A stretch of DNA of 64,000 bases from an uncultured Gemmatimonadales bacterium (GTDB lineage Bacteria; Gemmatimonadota; Gemmatimonadetes; Longimicrobiales; RSA9): the NCBI GenBank assembly GCA_963741945.1, contig CAVUKA010000008.1, positions 1 through 64,000 on the forward strand, given 5' to 3'. The notes beneath the pieces were generated by a model that worked only from the letters and a program-made list of their open reading frames with translations, did not search any database and had not been told where the DNA came from. Made by a program: the position numbers and the translations under genes. Numbering within the stretch: the stretch's first letter is position 1; every line of letters begins with the position of its first letter. Positions 9,565 to 20,173 of this stretch are shown piece by piece.

Positions 9565-10676
9565 AGATCGGTATCACCGGCTACCCCGTGTACGGTGGGT
9601 CGGGCGTGGTGGCCACCGAGCTGGGCCTCGAGCTGGCGAAGCGCGGGCACGAAGTCCATTTCATCACGTACGCGCAGCCGTTCCGCCTTTCGCGCTTCGT
9701 GGAGAACGTCTACTACCACGAGGTGGAAGTCCCGATCTACCCCCTGTTCGAATACCCCCCCTACTCCCTGGCCCTGGCCGTGTCGATGCAGAACGCCGCG
9801 GAGCGGCACGGCCTGGACCTGCTCCACGTCCATTACGCGGTCCCCCACGCCACGTCCGCCTGGCTGGCCAAGGAGCTGCTCGGGGGACGTGCACCGCGGG
9901 TGGTCACCACCCTTCACGGCACGGACATCACGCTGGTCGGGCGCGATCCTTCCTTCCACGCCATCACCCGCTTCTCCATCGGGAAGTCGGATGGCCTCAC
10001 GGCTGTCTCCGAGTACCTGAAACGGGAGACGGTGGAGCGCTTCGATGTACCCGCGGAACGCGTGGAGGTGATCCCGAACTTCGTGGACCTTTCCGTCTAC
10101 CGACGCGACGTCGAGCCCTGTCACCGCAGCCAGTTCGCCAGCGACGACGAGAAGGTGATCGTCCATATCTCGAACTTCCGCTCCGTCAAGCGCGTCACCG
10201 ACGTGGTCCGCATTTTCGGACGGATCGCGCGGGCCATTCCGGCGAAGCTCCTGTTCGTGGGCGATGGCCCCGAACGCGGACACACCCAGCAGGTGGCCGC
10301 CGACGAGGGCGTGGCCGACCGCGTGATCTACCTGGGCAAGCAGGATTCGGTCACGGAGATCCTGGCGTGCTCGGACCTCTTCCTGCTCCCCAGCGAAAGC
10401 GAGGCGTTCGGGCTGGTCGCCCTCGAGGCCATGGCATGCGGCGTTCCCGTGGTGGGAAGCCGGGTCGGCGGCCTCCCGGAAGTGGTGACGCCGCCCGCGG
10501 GCGTCCTGGAGCCGGTGGGCGATGTGGATGCCATGGCCGCGGCGGCGCTTCGCATGCTCGAGCCGGAAACCTGGAAGCGGGCGAGCGAGGCCGCACGAGA
10601 GCGCGCCCACGCTTTTTCCGCCGACACCGTGGTGCCCCGCTACGAAGCCTATTACGAGAAAGTGCTGGGCGCGTGA
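9561..10676 (+). CDS. bshA: N-acetyl-alpha-D-glucosaminyl L-malate synthase (bacillithiol biosynthesis GT4)
   Basis: KIGITGYPVYGGSGVVATELG, LHVHYAVPHA, TTLHGTDITLVG, HISNFRSVKR, EAFGLVALEAMACG; TTG 9561 or ATG 9546 start. Confidence 0.92.
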   Translation: MKIGITGYPVYGGSGVVATELGLELAKRGHEVHFITYAQPFRLSRFVENVYYHEVEVPIYPLFEYPPYSLALAVSMQNAAERHGLDLLHVHYAVPHATSAWLAKELLGGRAPRVVTTLHGTDITLVGRDPSFHAITRFSIGKSDGLTAVSEYLKRETVERFDVPAERVEVIPNFVDLSVYRRDVEPCHRSQFASDDEKVIVHISNFRSVKRVTDVVRIFGRIARAIPAKLLFVGDGPERGHTQQVAADEGVADRVIYLGKQDSVTEILACSDLFLLPSESEAFGLVALEAMACGVPVVGSRVGGLPEVVTPPAGVLEPVGDVDAMAAAALRMLEPETWKRASEAARERAHAFSADTVVPRYEAYYEKVLGA

Positions 10677-10710
10677 GCGACGACGCCCGCGCGACCGGCC
10701 CCGGCCCGCG

Positions 10711-11523
10711 CTGACCGCCGTGGACCTCCCCCACGGCGTCACGGAGTGGCACGCACGCACCATCGACGAATGGCGTGCCAGCTGGCGACTGCCCGCACTC
10801 GAAATCCACCGGACCCTTCCATCCACCAACGATGCGCTGCGCCGCCGCGCGGATGACGGTGCCCCTGGCGGGACCACGATCATCGCCGACCATCAAACCG
10901 CCGGGCGAGGGCGGCGGGGTCGCGCGTGGGCCGACCTCCCCGGTTCCAGTCTTCTCCTGTCCATGCTGTTCCGGGGGGACCAGCCGACCGCGCCGGGCGT
11001 CCTGACCCTGCGCCTCGGCCTGGGCGCCGCTCACGCCGTCGAGCGCGTGGCGGGCGCGTCGGTGCTCCTGAAATGGCCCAACGACCTCTTCATCGGGGAG
11101 CGGAAGGTGGGAGGAATTCTCTGCGAGGGCGCCGTCGAGCCGGGCAAGCCGGGGTATGTCGTGGCCGGAATCGGCCTCAACCTCTCCCAGCCAGACGTCG
11201 CCTGGCCGCCCGACCTCCGCGGCACCGCCACGTCCCTCGCCGTAGCCGGCTACACCGTCGACCGTGCCGCCCTCGCCGGGGCCCTCGTCCAGGAATGGCT
11301 CAGGGCCGCGGCACGGGACCCGGCCGGCCTCTCCGATACCGAGATCGCGGAGTTCGACCGTCGCGATGCCCTCCTCGGCCGGCCCATCACCGTCGACAAT
11401 GCCCCCGCCGGCATCGCCGCCAGTATCGCTCGGGACGGTGCGCTCCTGGCCCGTGTCGGCGGAGGGATCCGGACCGTAGTTTCAGGAACCGTACGCACCT
11501 CAGCCGAAACGCCCGAGCCATGA
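10711..11523 (+). CDS. birA: Biotin--[acetyl-CoA-carboxylase] ligase (no obvious HTH); start uncertain
   Basis: STND, QTAGRGRRGRAW, LKWPNDL, KVGGILCE, GIGLN; start CTG 10711 or GTG 10720. Confidence 0.88.
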   Translation: MTAVDLPHGVTEWHARTIDEWRASWRLPALEIHRTLPSTNDALRRRADDGAPGGTTIIADHQTAGRGRRGRAWADLPGSSLLLSMLFRGDQPTAPGVLTLRLGLGAAHAVERVAGASVLLKWPNDLFIGERKVGGILCEGAVEPGKPGYVVAGIGLNLSQPDVAWPPDLRGTATSLAVAGYTVDRAALAGALVQEWLRAAARDPAGLSDTEIAEFDRRDALLGRPITVDNAPAGIAASIARDGALLARVGGGIRTVVSGTVRTSAETPEP

Positions 11524-12293
11524 TCCTGACCCTCGACATCGGCAACACCGAGACCGTGCTCGGCCTCTTCCGCGGTGACCAGCTCGTCAGTCACTGGCGA
11601 CTCTCCACCCACGCCGAGCGCACCGTGGACGAGTACGGCCTCATGCTGCGCTCTGTCCTGCGCGAGAGCGCGATCGAGCCCGGCGACGTGCGCGGAGCCA
11701 CCATCGCATCCGTCGTTCCTCCCATCACTCCCGCCGCGCTCGGCGCCTGCGAGCGCCACCTCGCCTGCGAAACCCTCGTCATCGACCCCGGTTCCGACCT
11801 CCCGATCCGCCTCGACGTGGACGAGCCCCTCAGTGTCGGCGCCGATCGCATCGCCAACACCCTGGCCGCCGCTCGCCTCTTCCACACCGACACCATCGTC
11901 GTCGACCTCGGCACCGCCACCACATTCGACTGCATTTCCGGCGACGGCGTGTTCATCGGCGGGATCATCGCCCCCGGGATCCAGACGGGTGCCGAGACGC
12001 TCACGCGCAGGACCGCTCGCCTGCCGCGCGTCGACCTGGAGCCGCCCTCCCGCGTCATCGGCCGCCGCACCGACACGGCCCTCCGGAGCGGCATCTTCTT
12101 CGGTGCCGTCGAGTCCATTGACGGAATCGTCCGCCGCATCCGCGAGGAATGGGGCAACGCCCCCCTCGTCGTCGCCACCGGCGGCCTCGCCACCCTCCTC
12201 GCCCCCCACTGCCGCACCATCGACCGCGTCGAGCCGTTCCTCACCCTGCACGGCCTGCGCATCGCCTGGGAAGAGATGCGCGGAGAAGCATAG
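11520..12293 (+). CDS. coaX: Type III pantothenate kinase
   Basis: LDIGNT, VGADRIAN, VDLGTATTFD, GGIIAPG, VATGGLA; ATGA overlap with birA. Confidence 0.96.
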   Translation: MILTLDIGNTETVLGLFRGDQLVSHWRLSTHAERTVDEYGLMLRSVLRESAIEPGDVRGATIASVVPPITPAALGACERHLACETLVIDPGSDLPIRLDVDEPLSVGADRIANTLAAARLFHTDTIVVDLGTATTFDCISGDGVFIGGIIAPGIQTGAETLTRRTARLPRVDLEPPSRVIGRRTDTALRSGIFFGAVESIDGIVRRIREEWGNAPLVVATGGLATLLAPHCRTIDRVEPFLTLHGLRIAWEEMRGEA

Positions 12294-12521
12294 GACGGGC
12301 CCCGGGGACACGGAGATTCCCGGGGTCCCCGTCGCACCCGACCCTCGGATCACACCCCGGGGGAGGCCACCATGCTCCCCGCGCCTGGCGGCTGCGCGCC
12401 CGACCTTCAATGTTCGCCGGCCCACGCCCCCCTTGCCTGTCAGAACGGCCGACCCCCTCGGCCACGCTGACAGGGAGCCGGGGCACGCCCTCTGCACGCG
12501 CCGTCCTTCCGTGAGCGGGCC

Positions 12522-12550
12522 TTGACTCTGGTCGAGCGCCCGCGTACTCT
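12522..12550 (+). promoter_or_regulatory. sigma70 promoter of groESL
   Basis: TTGACT-17 bp-TACTCT just upstream of CIRCE. Confidence 0.8.
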
Positions 12551-12561
12551 TGGCGAGTTCG

Positions 12562-12588
12562 TTAGCACTCATTACATGGGAGTGCTAA
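12562..12588 (+). promoter_or_regulatory. CIRCE element (HrcA operator)
   Basis: Perfect TTAGCACTC-N9-GAGTGCTAA upstream of groES. Confidence 0.98.
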
Positions 12589-12637
12589 CAGCCGGAGAAC
12601 CATCTGTGAATCATCAAACCAGGAACGGAGGAGATCC

Positions 12638-12943
12638 ATGGCCACTGCTTCCGCGGTGAACATCAAGCCGTTGGCAGACCGTGTGGTAGTGAAGCCGCTC
12701 GACGAGAGCGAGGAGATGCGGGGCGGGCTCTACATCCCGGACACTGCGAAGGAGAAGCCCCAGCAGGGGGAGATCATGGCAGTGGGGCCGGGTCGCGTGA
12801 GCGACGAGGGCAAGCAGATCAAGATGGAGCTCAGCAAGGGCGACAAGGTGCTGTACGGGAAGTACAGCGGCACGGAAGTGACCGTGGGCGGGGAGCAGTA
12901 CCTGATCCTGCGGGAATCGGACGTGTTGGCGGTGATCGGCTGA
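12638..12943 (+). CDS. groES: Co-chaperonin GroES
   Basis: [47 protein letters not shown]. Confidence 0.99.
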   Translation: MATASAVNIKPLADRVVVKPLDESEEMRGGLYIPDTAKEKPQQGEIMAVGPGRVSDEGKQIKMELSKGDKVLYGKYSGTEVTVGGEQYLILRESDVLAVIG

Positions 12944-12974
12944 GCGGCCCAGGCATTCGGGAACAGAAGGCTAA

Positions 12975-14639
<1,665 letters not shown>

Positions 14640-14665
14640 TCGTCCGTCGCATGACGCGGTACGAG

Positions 14666-14706
14666 TCGGGCCCCCTCGCCATGTGGCGAGGGGGCCCGAT
14701 CTCTTT
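14666..14706 (+). terminator. Intrinsic terminator after groEL (probably bidirectional)
   Basis: TCGGGCCCCCTCGCC...GGCGAGGGGGCCCGA then TCTCTTT; lies between convergent genes. Confidence 0.8.
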
Positions 14707-14759
14707 GGGGGCAGGCCACCGCTCCCCCGCCGCATCCGCCGCCCGCGCCGACCGCCGAG

Positions 14760-16823
14760 CTACGGGGTCCGGCTCGCTCCTGCGGGCGAGGCGGCGCGTC
14801 GGTACCGCTCCACGTACTCGCGGACCATCCTGTGGGTGTTGAAGACGGGAGCGATCCGGGTGACGCTCTCGGCCATTCTGGCCGTCCAGCGCGTCGGGAT
14901 GCCATCGTAGCCGCGGTCGTAGAACTCGGGGACGACCTGCTCCTCCAGCACCTGGAAGAGCGCGTGATGGTCCAACGCGTCCATGGGCTCGGGCGAGCCC
15001 GCCACGACGCTGTCGCCGATGGCCCACCCCGGGCGAGTGGTGGCGTCGGCGCTGCCGGACCACGCCTCGTCCCACCAGCCGTCGAGGATGCTGACGTTGA
15101 GGACGCCATTGGCGCCAGCCTTCATTCCACTCGTCCCACTCGCCTCCAGCGGGCGGCGCGGGTTGTTGAGCCACACGTCGGCGCCCTGGGTCAGGATGCG
15201 GGCGAGATCGATCCCGTACGCGGGCACGAAGACGATGCGGTTCCGGAACCGGTCCTCCCCGGCGGCTTCCACGATCCGGCGGATCAGCGCCTTGCCTTCC
15301 TGGTCCTTGGGGTGAGCCTTGCCGGCGAAGATGATCTGAACGGGCCGCTCGGGATCGCCCAGGAGACGGGCCAGCCGCTCCGGGTCACGGAAGAGCAGCG
15401 TGGCCCGCTTGTACGTCGCGAAACGCCGGGCGAAGCCGATGGTGAGCGCTTCGGGGTTGAGCTCGACGCCCGTGCGCTCCCGCACCTGTTGGACCAGGCC
15501 GTGGCGCCGCTGCCGGTGGACGCGCCAGAGCGCCATCCTGTCCGGCTCGGGCGCCAGCCCGCGGATCCCCAGGTCTGCCGCAGAAGCGTTGCTCCAGGTT
15601 CCGGCCACGTCCGGATGGACCCAGCTCGGCAGGTGGACGCCGTTGGTGATGTGGCCGATCGGGACGTCGTCCGTCCGGCGCTCCGGCCACAGCGACTGCC
15701 ACATCTCCCGCGACACCTGGCCGTGCAGCTCGCTCACCCCGTTGGCTTGCGCGGCAAGGCGCAGCGCCAGGACCGTCATCGTGAACGGCTCGGCGTCATC
15801 GGCCGGGTCCACCCGACCGAGCGCCAGGAGGTCCTGCATGGAGAGACCCATGGCATCGGCGACGGGCGCGAAATGCGCCTCCATGAGGGCCGGCGCGAAG
15901 CGGTCGTGGCCTGCGGCCACCGGCGTGTGGGTGGTGAAGACCGTACGCTCACGGGCCGTGGCCACGGCTTCCTCGAACGACTGCCCTTCCTCGGTCATCA
16001 GCTCCCGCAGCAGCTCGAGTCCGAGGAAGGCGGAGTGCCCTTCATTCATGTGGAACGCGCGGGGCTTCACGCCCATGGCATCCAGCGCGCGGTAGCCGCC
16101 GATCCCCAGGAGTACTTCCTGCGCGATCCGCATGACCTGATCGCCGCCGTAGAGACGGGAAGTCAGGGCCCTGTCCGCCGGCGCGTTCTCCGAGAGGTCG
16201 GTGTCGAGGAGGTAGAGCGGAACACGTCCCACGTCCGCACGCCAGACGCCAGCGACGACCTGGCGGCCAGGGAACGGGATCGTGATCCGGACGTGGGAGC
16301 CATCGTCACTCCGCACCCGGTGCAGCGGGAGGTCGTCGAAGTCCGCTGCGGGGAAGGTCTCCTGCTGCAGTCCGCTCGCGTCGATGCTCTGCCTGAAGTA
16401 CCCCTCCCGATAGAGAATCCCGACGCCCACCAGCGGTACGCCCAGGTCGCTCGCCGACTTGAGGTGGTCTCCCGCCAGGATCCCGAGACCGCCCGAGTAG
16501 ATGCGGAGGCACTCGGTGAGGCCGTACTCCGCGGAGAAGTAGGCGACGAGCGGCCGGTCCAGCGGCTGGTCGGTCTCGCCGTACCACGTCGCCTCGTCGC
16601 CGAGGTAGTCGCGCAGGTCGTGCCAGAGGCGGTCCACCCGCTCGTCGAGTCCTTCCACCCTCGCCAGCGCCTCCCGATCGAGGCGCCGGAGGAGCGCCAC
16701 GGGGTTGTGGTCCAGGCGCCCCCACAACTCCGGGCTCAGATCATGGAAGAGCTGACGCGTGGGTGGGTGCCAGTCCCAGCGCAGGTTGTAGGCGAGGTCC
16801 TCCAGGCGTTCGAACAGCGTCAT
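14760..16823 (-). CDS. glgP: Alpha-glucan (glycogen/maltodextrin) phosphorylase
   Basis: LAYNLRWDW, AYFSAEYG, YSGGLGILAGDHLKSASDLG, GFARRFATYKRA, EASGTSGMK (PLP Lys), SILDGWW. Confidence 0.95.
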   Translation of the reverse strand: MTLFERLEDLAYNLRWDWHPPTRQLFHDLSPELWGRLDHNPVALLRRLDREALARVEGLDERVDRLWHDLRDYLGDEATWYGETDQPLDRPLVAYFSAEYGLTECLRIYSGGLGILAGDHLKSASDLGVPLVGVGILYREGYFRQSIDASGLQQETFPAADFDDLPLHRVRSDDGSHVRITIPFPGRQVVAGVWRADVGRVPLYLLDTDLSENAPADRALTSRLYGGDQVMRIAQEVLLGIGGYRALDAMGVKPRAFHMNEGHSAFLGLELLRELMTEEGQSFEEAVATARERTVFTTHTPVAAGHDRFAPALMEAHFAPVADAMGLSMQDLLALGRVDPADDAEPFTMTVLALRLAAQANGVSELHGQVSREMWQSLWPERRTDDVPIGHITNGVHLPSWVHPDVAGTWSNASAADLGIRGLAPEPDRMALWRVHRQRRHGLVQQVRERTGVELNPEALTIGFARRFATYKRATLLFRDPERLARLLGDPERPVQIIFAGKAHPKDQEGKALIRRIVEAAGEDRFRNRIVFVPAYGIDLARILTQGADVWLNNPRRPLEASGTSGMKAGANGVLNVSILDGWWDEAWSGSADATTRPGWAIGDSVVAGSPEPMDALDHHALFQVLEEQVVPEFYDRGYDGIPTRWTARMAESVTRIAPVFNTHRMVREYVERYRRAASPAGASRTP

Positions 16824-16969
16824 CGTCAACGGCGTCAGCCTCTCGTGTGGTTCACGCGAATATCCATGGCAACCCTGAAAGGTAGAGCCGCCCGGCAGTA
16901 GTGAAAAGCCATGGCGGCGGGGTATCCGTCCGAGCCTCCGGGCAAACGCCCTGCCGCCGCCACCGGACA

Positions 16970-16999
16970 TTGACTGTGGCGGCGGGGCGGGGCTATGGT
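16970..16999 (+). promoter_or_regulatory. Putative sigma70 promoter of thrS leader
   Basis: TTGACT-18 bp-TATGGT; ATG follows 6 nt after the -10. Confidence 0.7.
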
Positions 17000-17005
17000 A
17001 GGCGT

Positions 17006-17092
17006 ATGCGCGAACGAACGCCCACTCCAACCGAGGTCGAGACTCGATGCGCCCGCCAGGCGCGACGAGGGTCTACCCGGTTGCGGGCGTAG
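17006..17092 (+). CDS. Putative thrS leader peptide MRERTPTPTEVETRCARQARRGSTRLRA
   Basis: 28 codons, 5 Thr (ACG, ACT, ACC, ACT, ACC), starts at the predicted +1, followed by a terminator hairpin. Confidence 0.55.
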   Translation: MRERTPTPTEVETRCARQARRGSTRLRA

Positions 17093-17113
17093 GGCGCGCC
17101 CGCGTTCGACGGG

Positions 17114-17150
17114 ACGGCCTCTCCGGCGCGCGGAGAGGCCGTTTCCATTT
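17114..17150 (+). terminator. Attenuator-like terminator in thrS leader
   Basis: 12-bp stem ACGGCCTCTCCG/CGGAGAGGCCGT followed by TTCCATTT, 50 nt upstream of thrS. Confidence 0.65.
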
Positions 17151-17200
17151 GCGGTAGCGTTCGGGCGAGCAGTGCCACGAGACGAGAGCGGGAGCGATCG

Positions 17201-19138
17201 ATGACGGGAAGCGAAGAGGGTGCGATCCAGGTGCGGTTGCCGGACGGCAAGGTGCTCGAACTCCCCAGGGGGGCGACGCCGCGGGACGTGGCGGAGCGGA
17301 TCGGCCCCGGACTCGCGCGGGCGGCTCTGGCCGCGAAAGTGAACGGGGACGTGGTCGATCTCGGGCGGCCCCTGGAGCAGGATGTCGCCATCGAGATCAT
17401 CACCCGACGGAGCCCCGAAGCGCTGGAGGTGCTGCGTCATTCGGCGGCGCACGTGCTGGCCACGGCCGTTCGCCGGGTGCGTCCGGGGGCAGGGATCGGC
17501 TTCGGCCCCGCGATCGAGAACGGCTTCTATTACGACTTCGAAGTGGACGAGCCGTTCACTCCGGAGGAGCTGGAGCGGATCGAGTCGGCCATGCACGAAG
17601 TGGCCTCGGAAGACCACCCGTTCGAGCGGCGGATCGTGACCAAGGAAGAAGCCCGTGAGCTGTTCGCGGATGACCCTCTGAAGCTCGAGCGGCTGGAGGA
17701 GTTCGGGGCGGGGGACGTGATCACGATCTATCGCAACGGCCCGTTCCTGGATCTCTGCCGCGGCCCGCACGTCCCCGGAACGTCGGCCGTGCAGCATTTC
17801 AAGCTGCTGTCCACGGCGGGCGCGTACTGGCGCGGGGATGAGAAGCGGCAGATGCTGCAGCGCATCTACGGCACGGCGTGGTTCACGGAGGCGGACCTCC
17901 AGGAGTACCTGGTCCGGATTGAGGAAGCCCGGCGCCGGGACCACCGCAAGCTCGGCCGCGAGCTCGACCTGTTCACTTTTCACCCGTGGGCGCCGGGCGC
18001 TCCGTTCTGGACGGACCGCGGGACCACGATCTATCACGCGCTCGTGGAGTGGATGCGGGACGTCCTGGGCGAGAACGGCTATCAGCAGGTGAAGACCCCC
18101 CTGCTGTACAACAAGGCGCTCTGGGAGCTGTCGGGCCACTGGGGCAAGTACCAGGAGAACATGTTCCTGGTGCTCGACAAGGAGTCGGGTGAGCACGATT
18201 TCGGCATTAAGCCGATGAACTGCCCGTCGCACCACCTCCTGTTCGCGTCGAAGCACCGATCCTACCGCGAGCTGCCGCTCCGGTTCGCCACTCAGGACGT
18301 GCTTCACCGCAACGAGGTGTCGGGTGCCCTGAGCGGCCTGACGCGCGTGCGCCAGTTCCAGCAGGATGACGCCCACATCTACCTGGCCGAGGAGCAGATA
18401 CGGGATGAGGTGCGGCGGATGGTGGGCCTCATCGACTACTTCTACGGCACGCTCGGCCTGGAGTACACGGCCAAGTTCGCCACACGTCCACCGGAGCGGA
18501 TCGGGACCGACGAGATGTGGGACCAGGCCGAGAGCAACCTTCGCAGCGCGCTCGAGGCCATCGGGCTCGAATACGAGCTGAAGGAGGGGGACGGCGCGTT
18601 CTACGGCCCGAAGATCGACTTCGACGTGGTGGACGCCCTCGGGCGCGCGTGGCAGCTGGGCACGATCCAGCTGGACTACGCGGCGCCCGAGCGGTTCGAC
18701 CTGGCGTTCACCGGCGAGGACAACAGCGAGCACCGGCCGGTGGTGATCCATCGCGCCATATTCGGCTCGTTCGAGCGCTTCATCGCGATCCTGATCGAGC
18801 ACTTCGCCGGCGCGTTCCCGCTCTGGCTCGCGCCCGAGCAGGCGCGCGTCCTGCCCATCACCGATGACCAGGTCGACGACGCCCGCGCCTTCGCCGACCG
18901 CCTGGCCGACGCCGGCATCCGCGTGTTCCTCGACGATCGCTCCGAGACGCTGAGCTACAAGATCCGGGATGGGGAGACCCGGAAGGTCCCGTACCTGGCC
19001 GTGGTCGGGCAACGCGAAGTGGAGGGCGGCACCGTGGCGGTGCGCAGACACGGGGCTGGGAGGAAGCAGGACGTTCTGGCCAGAGACGAGTTCCTGGCCC
19101 GGCTCCGCGACGAAGTGGCGTCGAAGTCGCTGGGATGA
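17201..19138 (+). CDS. thrS: Threonine--tRNA ligase
   Basis: TGS domain, RHSAAHVLA, DLCRGPHV, RDHRKLGREL, KPMNCPSH, GAFYGPKID, HRAIFGSFERF. Confidence 0.99.
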   Translation: MTGSEEGAIQVRLPDGKVLELPRGATPRDVAERIGPGLARAALAAKVNGDVVDLGRPLEQDVAIEIITRRSPEALEVLRHSAAHVLATAVRRVRPGAGIGFGPAIENGFYYDFEVDEPFTPEELERIESAMHEVASEDHPFERRIVTKEEARELFADDPLKLERLEEFGAGDVITIYRNGPFLDLCRGPHVPGTSAVQHFKLLSTAGAYWRGDEKRQMLQRIYGTAWFTEADLQEYLVRIEEARRRDHRKLGRELDLFTFHPWAPGAPFWTDRGTTIYHALVEWMRDVLGENGYQQVKTPLLYNKALWELSGHWGKYQENMFLVLDKESGEHDFGIKPMNCPSHHLLFASKHRSYRELPLRFATQDVLHRNEVSGALSGLTRVRQFQQDDAHIYLAEEQIRDEVRRMVGLIDYFYGTLGLEYTAKFATRPPERIGTDEMWDQAESNLRSALEAIGLEYELKEGDGAFYGPKIDFDVVDALGRAWQLGTIQLDYAAPERFDLAFTGEDNSEHRPVVIHRAIFGSFERFIAILIEHFAGAFPLWLAPEQARVLPITDDQVDDARAFADRLADAGIRVFLDDRSETLSYKIRDGETRKVPYLAVVGQREVEGGTVAVRRHGAGRKQDVLARDEFLARLRDEVASKSLG

Positions 19139-19239
19139 GGAGGGCAGCGCTCGATGCGGCCTCCGCGCTCCGGTCTCGCCGAACGGTCGGCGTCGTCTGA
19201 CCGGGATCGGGGTGCGGGTGCGTCCCCCGGCGGCGGGCG

Positions 19240-19268
19240 TTGACCATTGCGGGTGCAGGCCCTATACT
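19240..19268 (+). promoter_or_regulatory. sigma70 promoter of infC-rpmI-rplT
   Basis: TTGACC-17 bp-TATACT. Confidence 0.85.
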
Positions 19269-19274
19269 ACGGCT

Positions 19275-19417
19275 TGGAAAACTGAGGAAGAGAGGGAGCA
19301 GCCAGGCCGCCCCTCCACCTTTCGGTCCGCTCCGCGGTACCGCCGGGTTCACAGGCCGCCTCGCCCGCAGGGGCGCGGTGTACCGTGGACCCGCCAGAGA
19401 GAGCGGGTCCTTTTTTT
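19275..19417 (+). ncRNA. Structured infC leader with terminator (L20-leader-like attenuator)
   Basis: GAGGGAGCAGCCAGGCCGCCCCTCCACCT motif; terminator GGACCCGC/GCGGGTCC + T7 (19387-19417); CGGGTTCAC (19344-19352) can pair with GTGGACCCG. Confidence 0.6.
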
Positions 19418-19441
19418 CGTCCGTCACAGGAGAGCGAAGCG

Positions 19442-19957
19442 ATAGCTACGGAAAAGAGGGTGCGCATCAACCGTCAGATCCGGATCAGTCCGGTCCGGGT
19501 GATCGGCGACGACGGTGAGCAGCTCGGGATCATGCCAGTGGACGAGGCGCTGACCACGGCCGAGGAGAAGGGTCTCGACCTGGTGGAAGTGGCGCCCGAC
19601 TCGCGGCCGCCGGTGGTCCGCATCATGGACTATGGCAAGTTCAAGTACGAGCAGGCGCGCAAAGCCAGGACGGCGAAGAAGAAGCAGCACAACGTCCATC
19701 TGAAGGAAGTGAAGTTCCGGCCGGGGATCGAGGAGCACGATATTGATTTCAAGCTTCGACACGCCCGGCGCTTCCTGGAGGAGGGCAACAAGGTGAAGGC
19801 CACCATGATGTTCCGCGGCCGCCAGATGGCGCATCCGGAGCTGGGCCGCGAGGTCCTGCTGCGGGTTGCGGGCGAACTGGACGACGTGGGGAAGATGGAG
19901 TCCCAGCCTGTGCTGGAAGGGCGGAACATGGTGATGGTTCTGGCGCCCCGCAGGTGA
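19442..19957 (+). CDS. infC: Translation initiation factor IF-3, non-canonical ATA start
   Basis: RINRQIRISPVRVIG, DLVEVAP, MDYGKFKYE, KEVKFRP, FRGRQMAH; SD AGGAG 19428-19432 then in-frame ATA. Confidence 0.95.
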   Translation: MATEKRVRINRQIRISPVRVIGDDGEQLGIMPVDEALTTAEEKGLDLVEVAPDSRPPVVRIMDYGKFKYEQARKARTAKKKQHNVHLKEVKFRPGIEEHDIDFKLRHARRFLEEGNKVKATMMFRGRQMAHPELGREVLLRVAGELDDVGKMESQPVLEGRNMVMVLAPRR

Positions 19958-19974
19958 ATCGAGGGAGGTAGGAA

Positions 19975-20169
19975 ATGCCGAAGATGAAGACCAACAAGGG
20001 CGCCGCGAAGCGTCTGAAGCGCACGGCGAGCGGCCGGCTCAAGCGCGGCAAGCAGGGCCGGCGGCACATCCTGACCAAGAAGGACAGGAAGCGGAAGCGG
20101 CATCTGCGTGCGCCGACGCTCGTGTCGAAGGCTGACGAGAAGCGCATGAAGCGCCTGCTTCAGGGGTAG
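19975..20169 (+). CDS. rpmI: 50S ribosomal protein L35
   Basis: [13 protein letters not shown]...RHILTKK. Confidence 0.98.
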   Translation: MPKMKTNKGAAKRLKRTASGRLKRGKQGRRHILTKKDRKRKRHLRAPTLVSKADEKRMKRLLQG

Positions 20170-20173
20170 TGGC

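Noticed and set aside
19375-19392. GCGGTGTACCGTGG resembling a T-box antiterminator
   Set aside because: Lacks the intact UGGN-ACC bulge and stem I/specifier; infC context fits an L20-type leader better. No T-box motif was seen before thrS either
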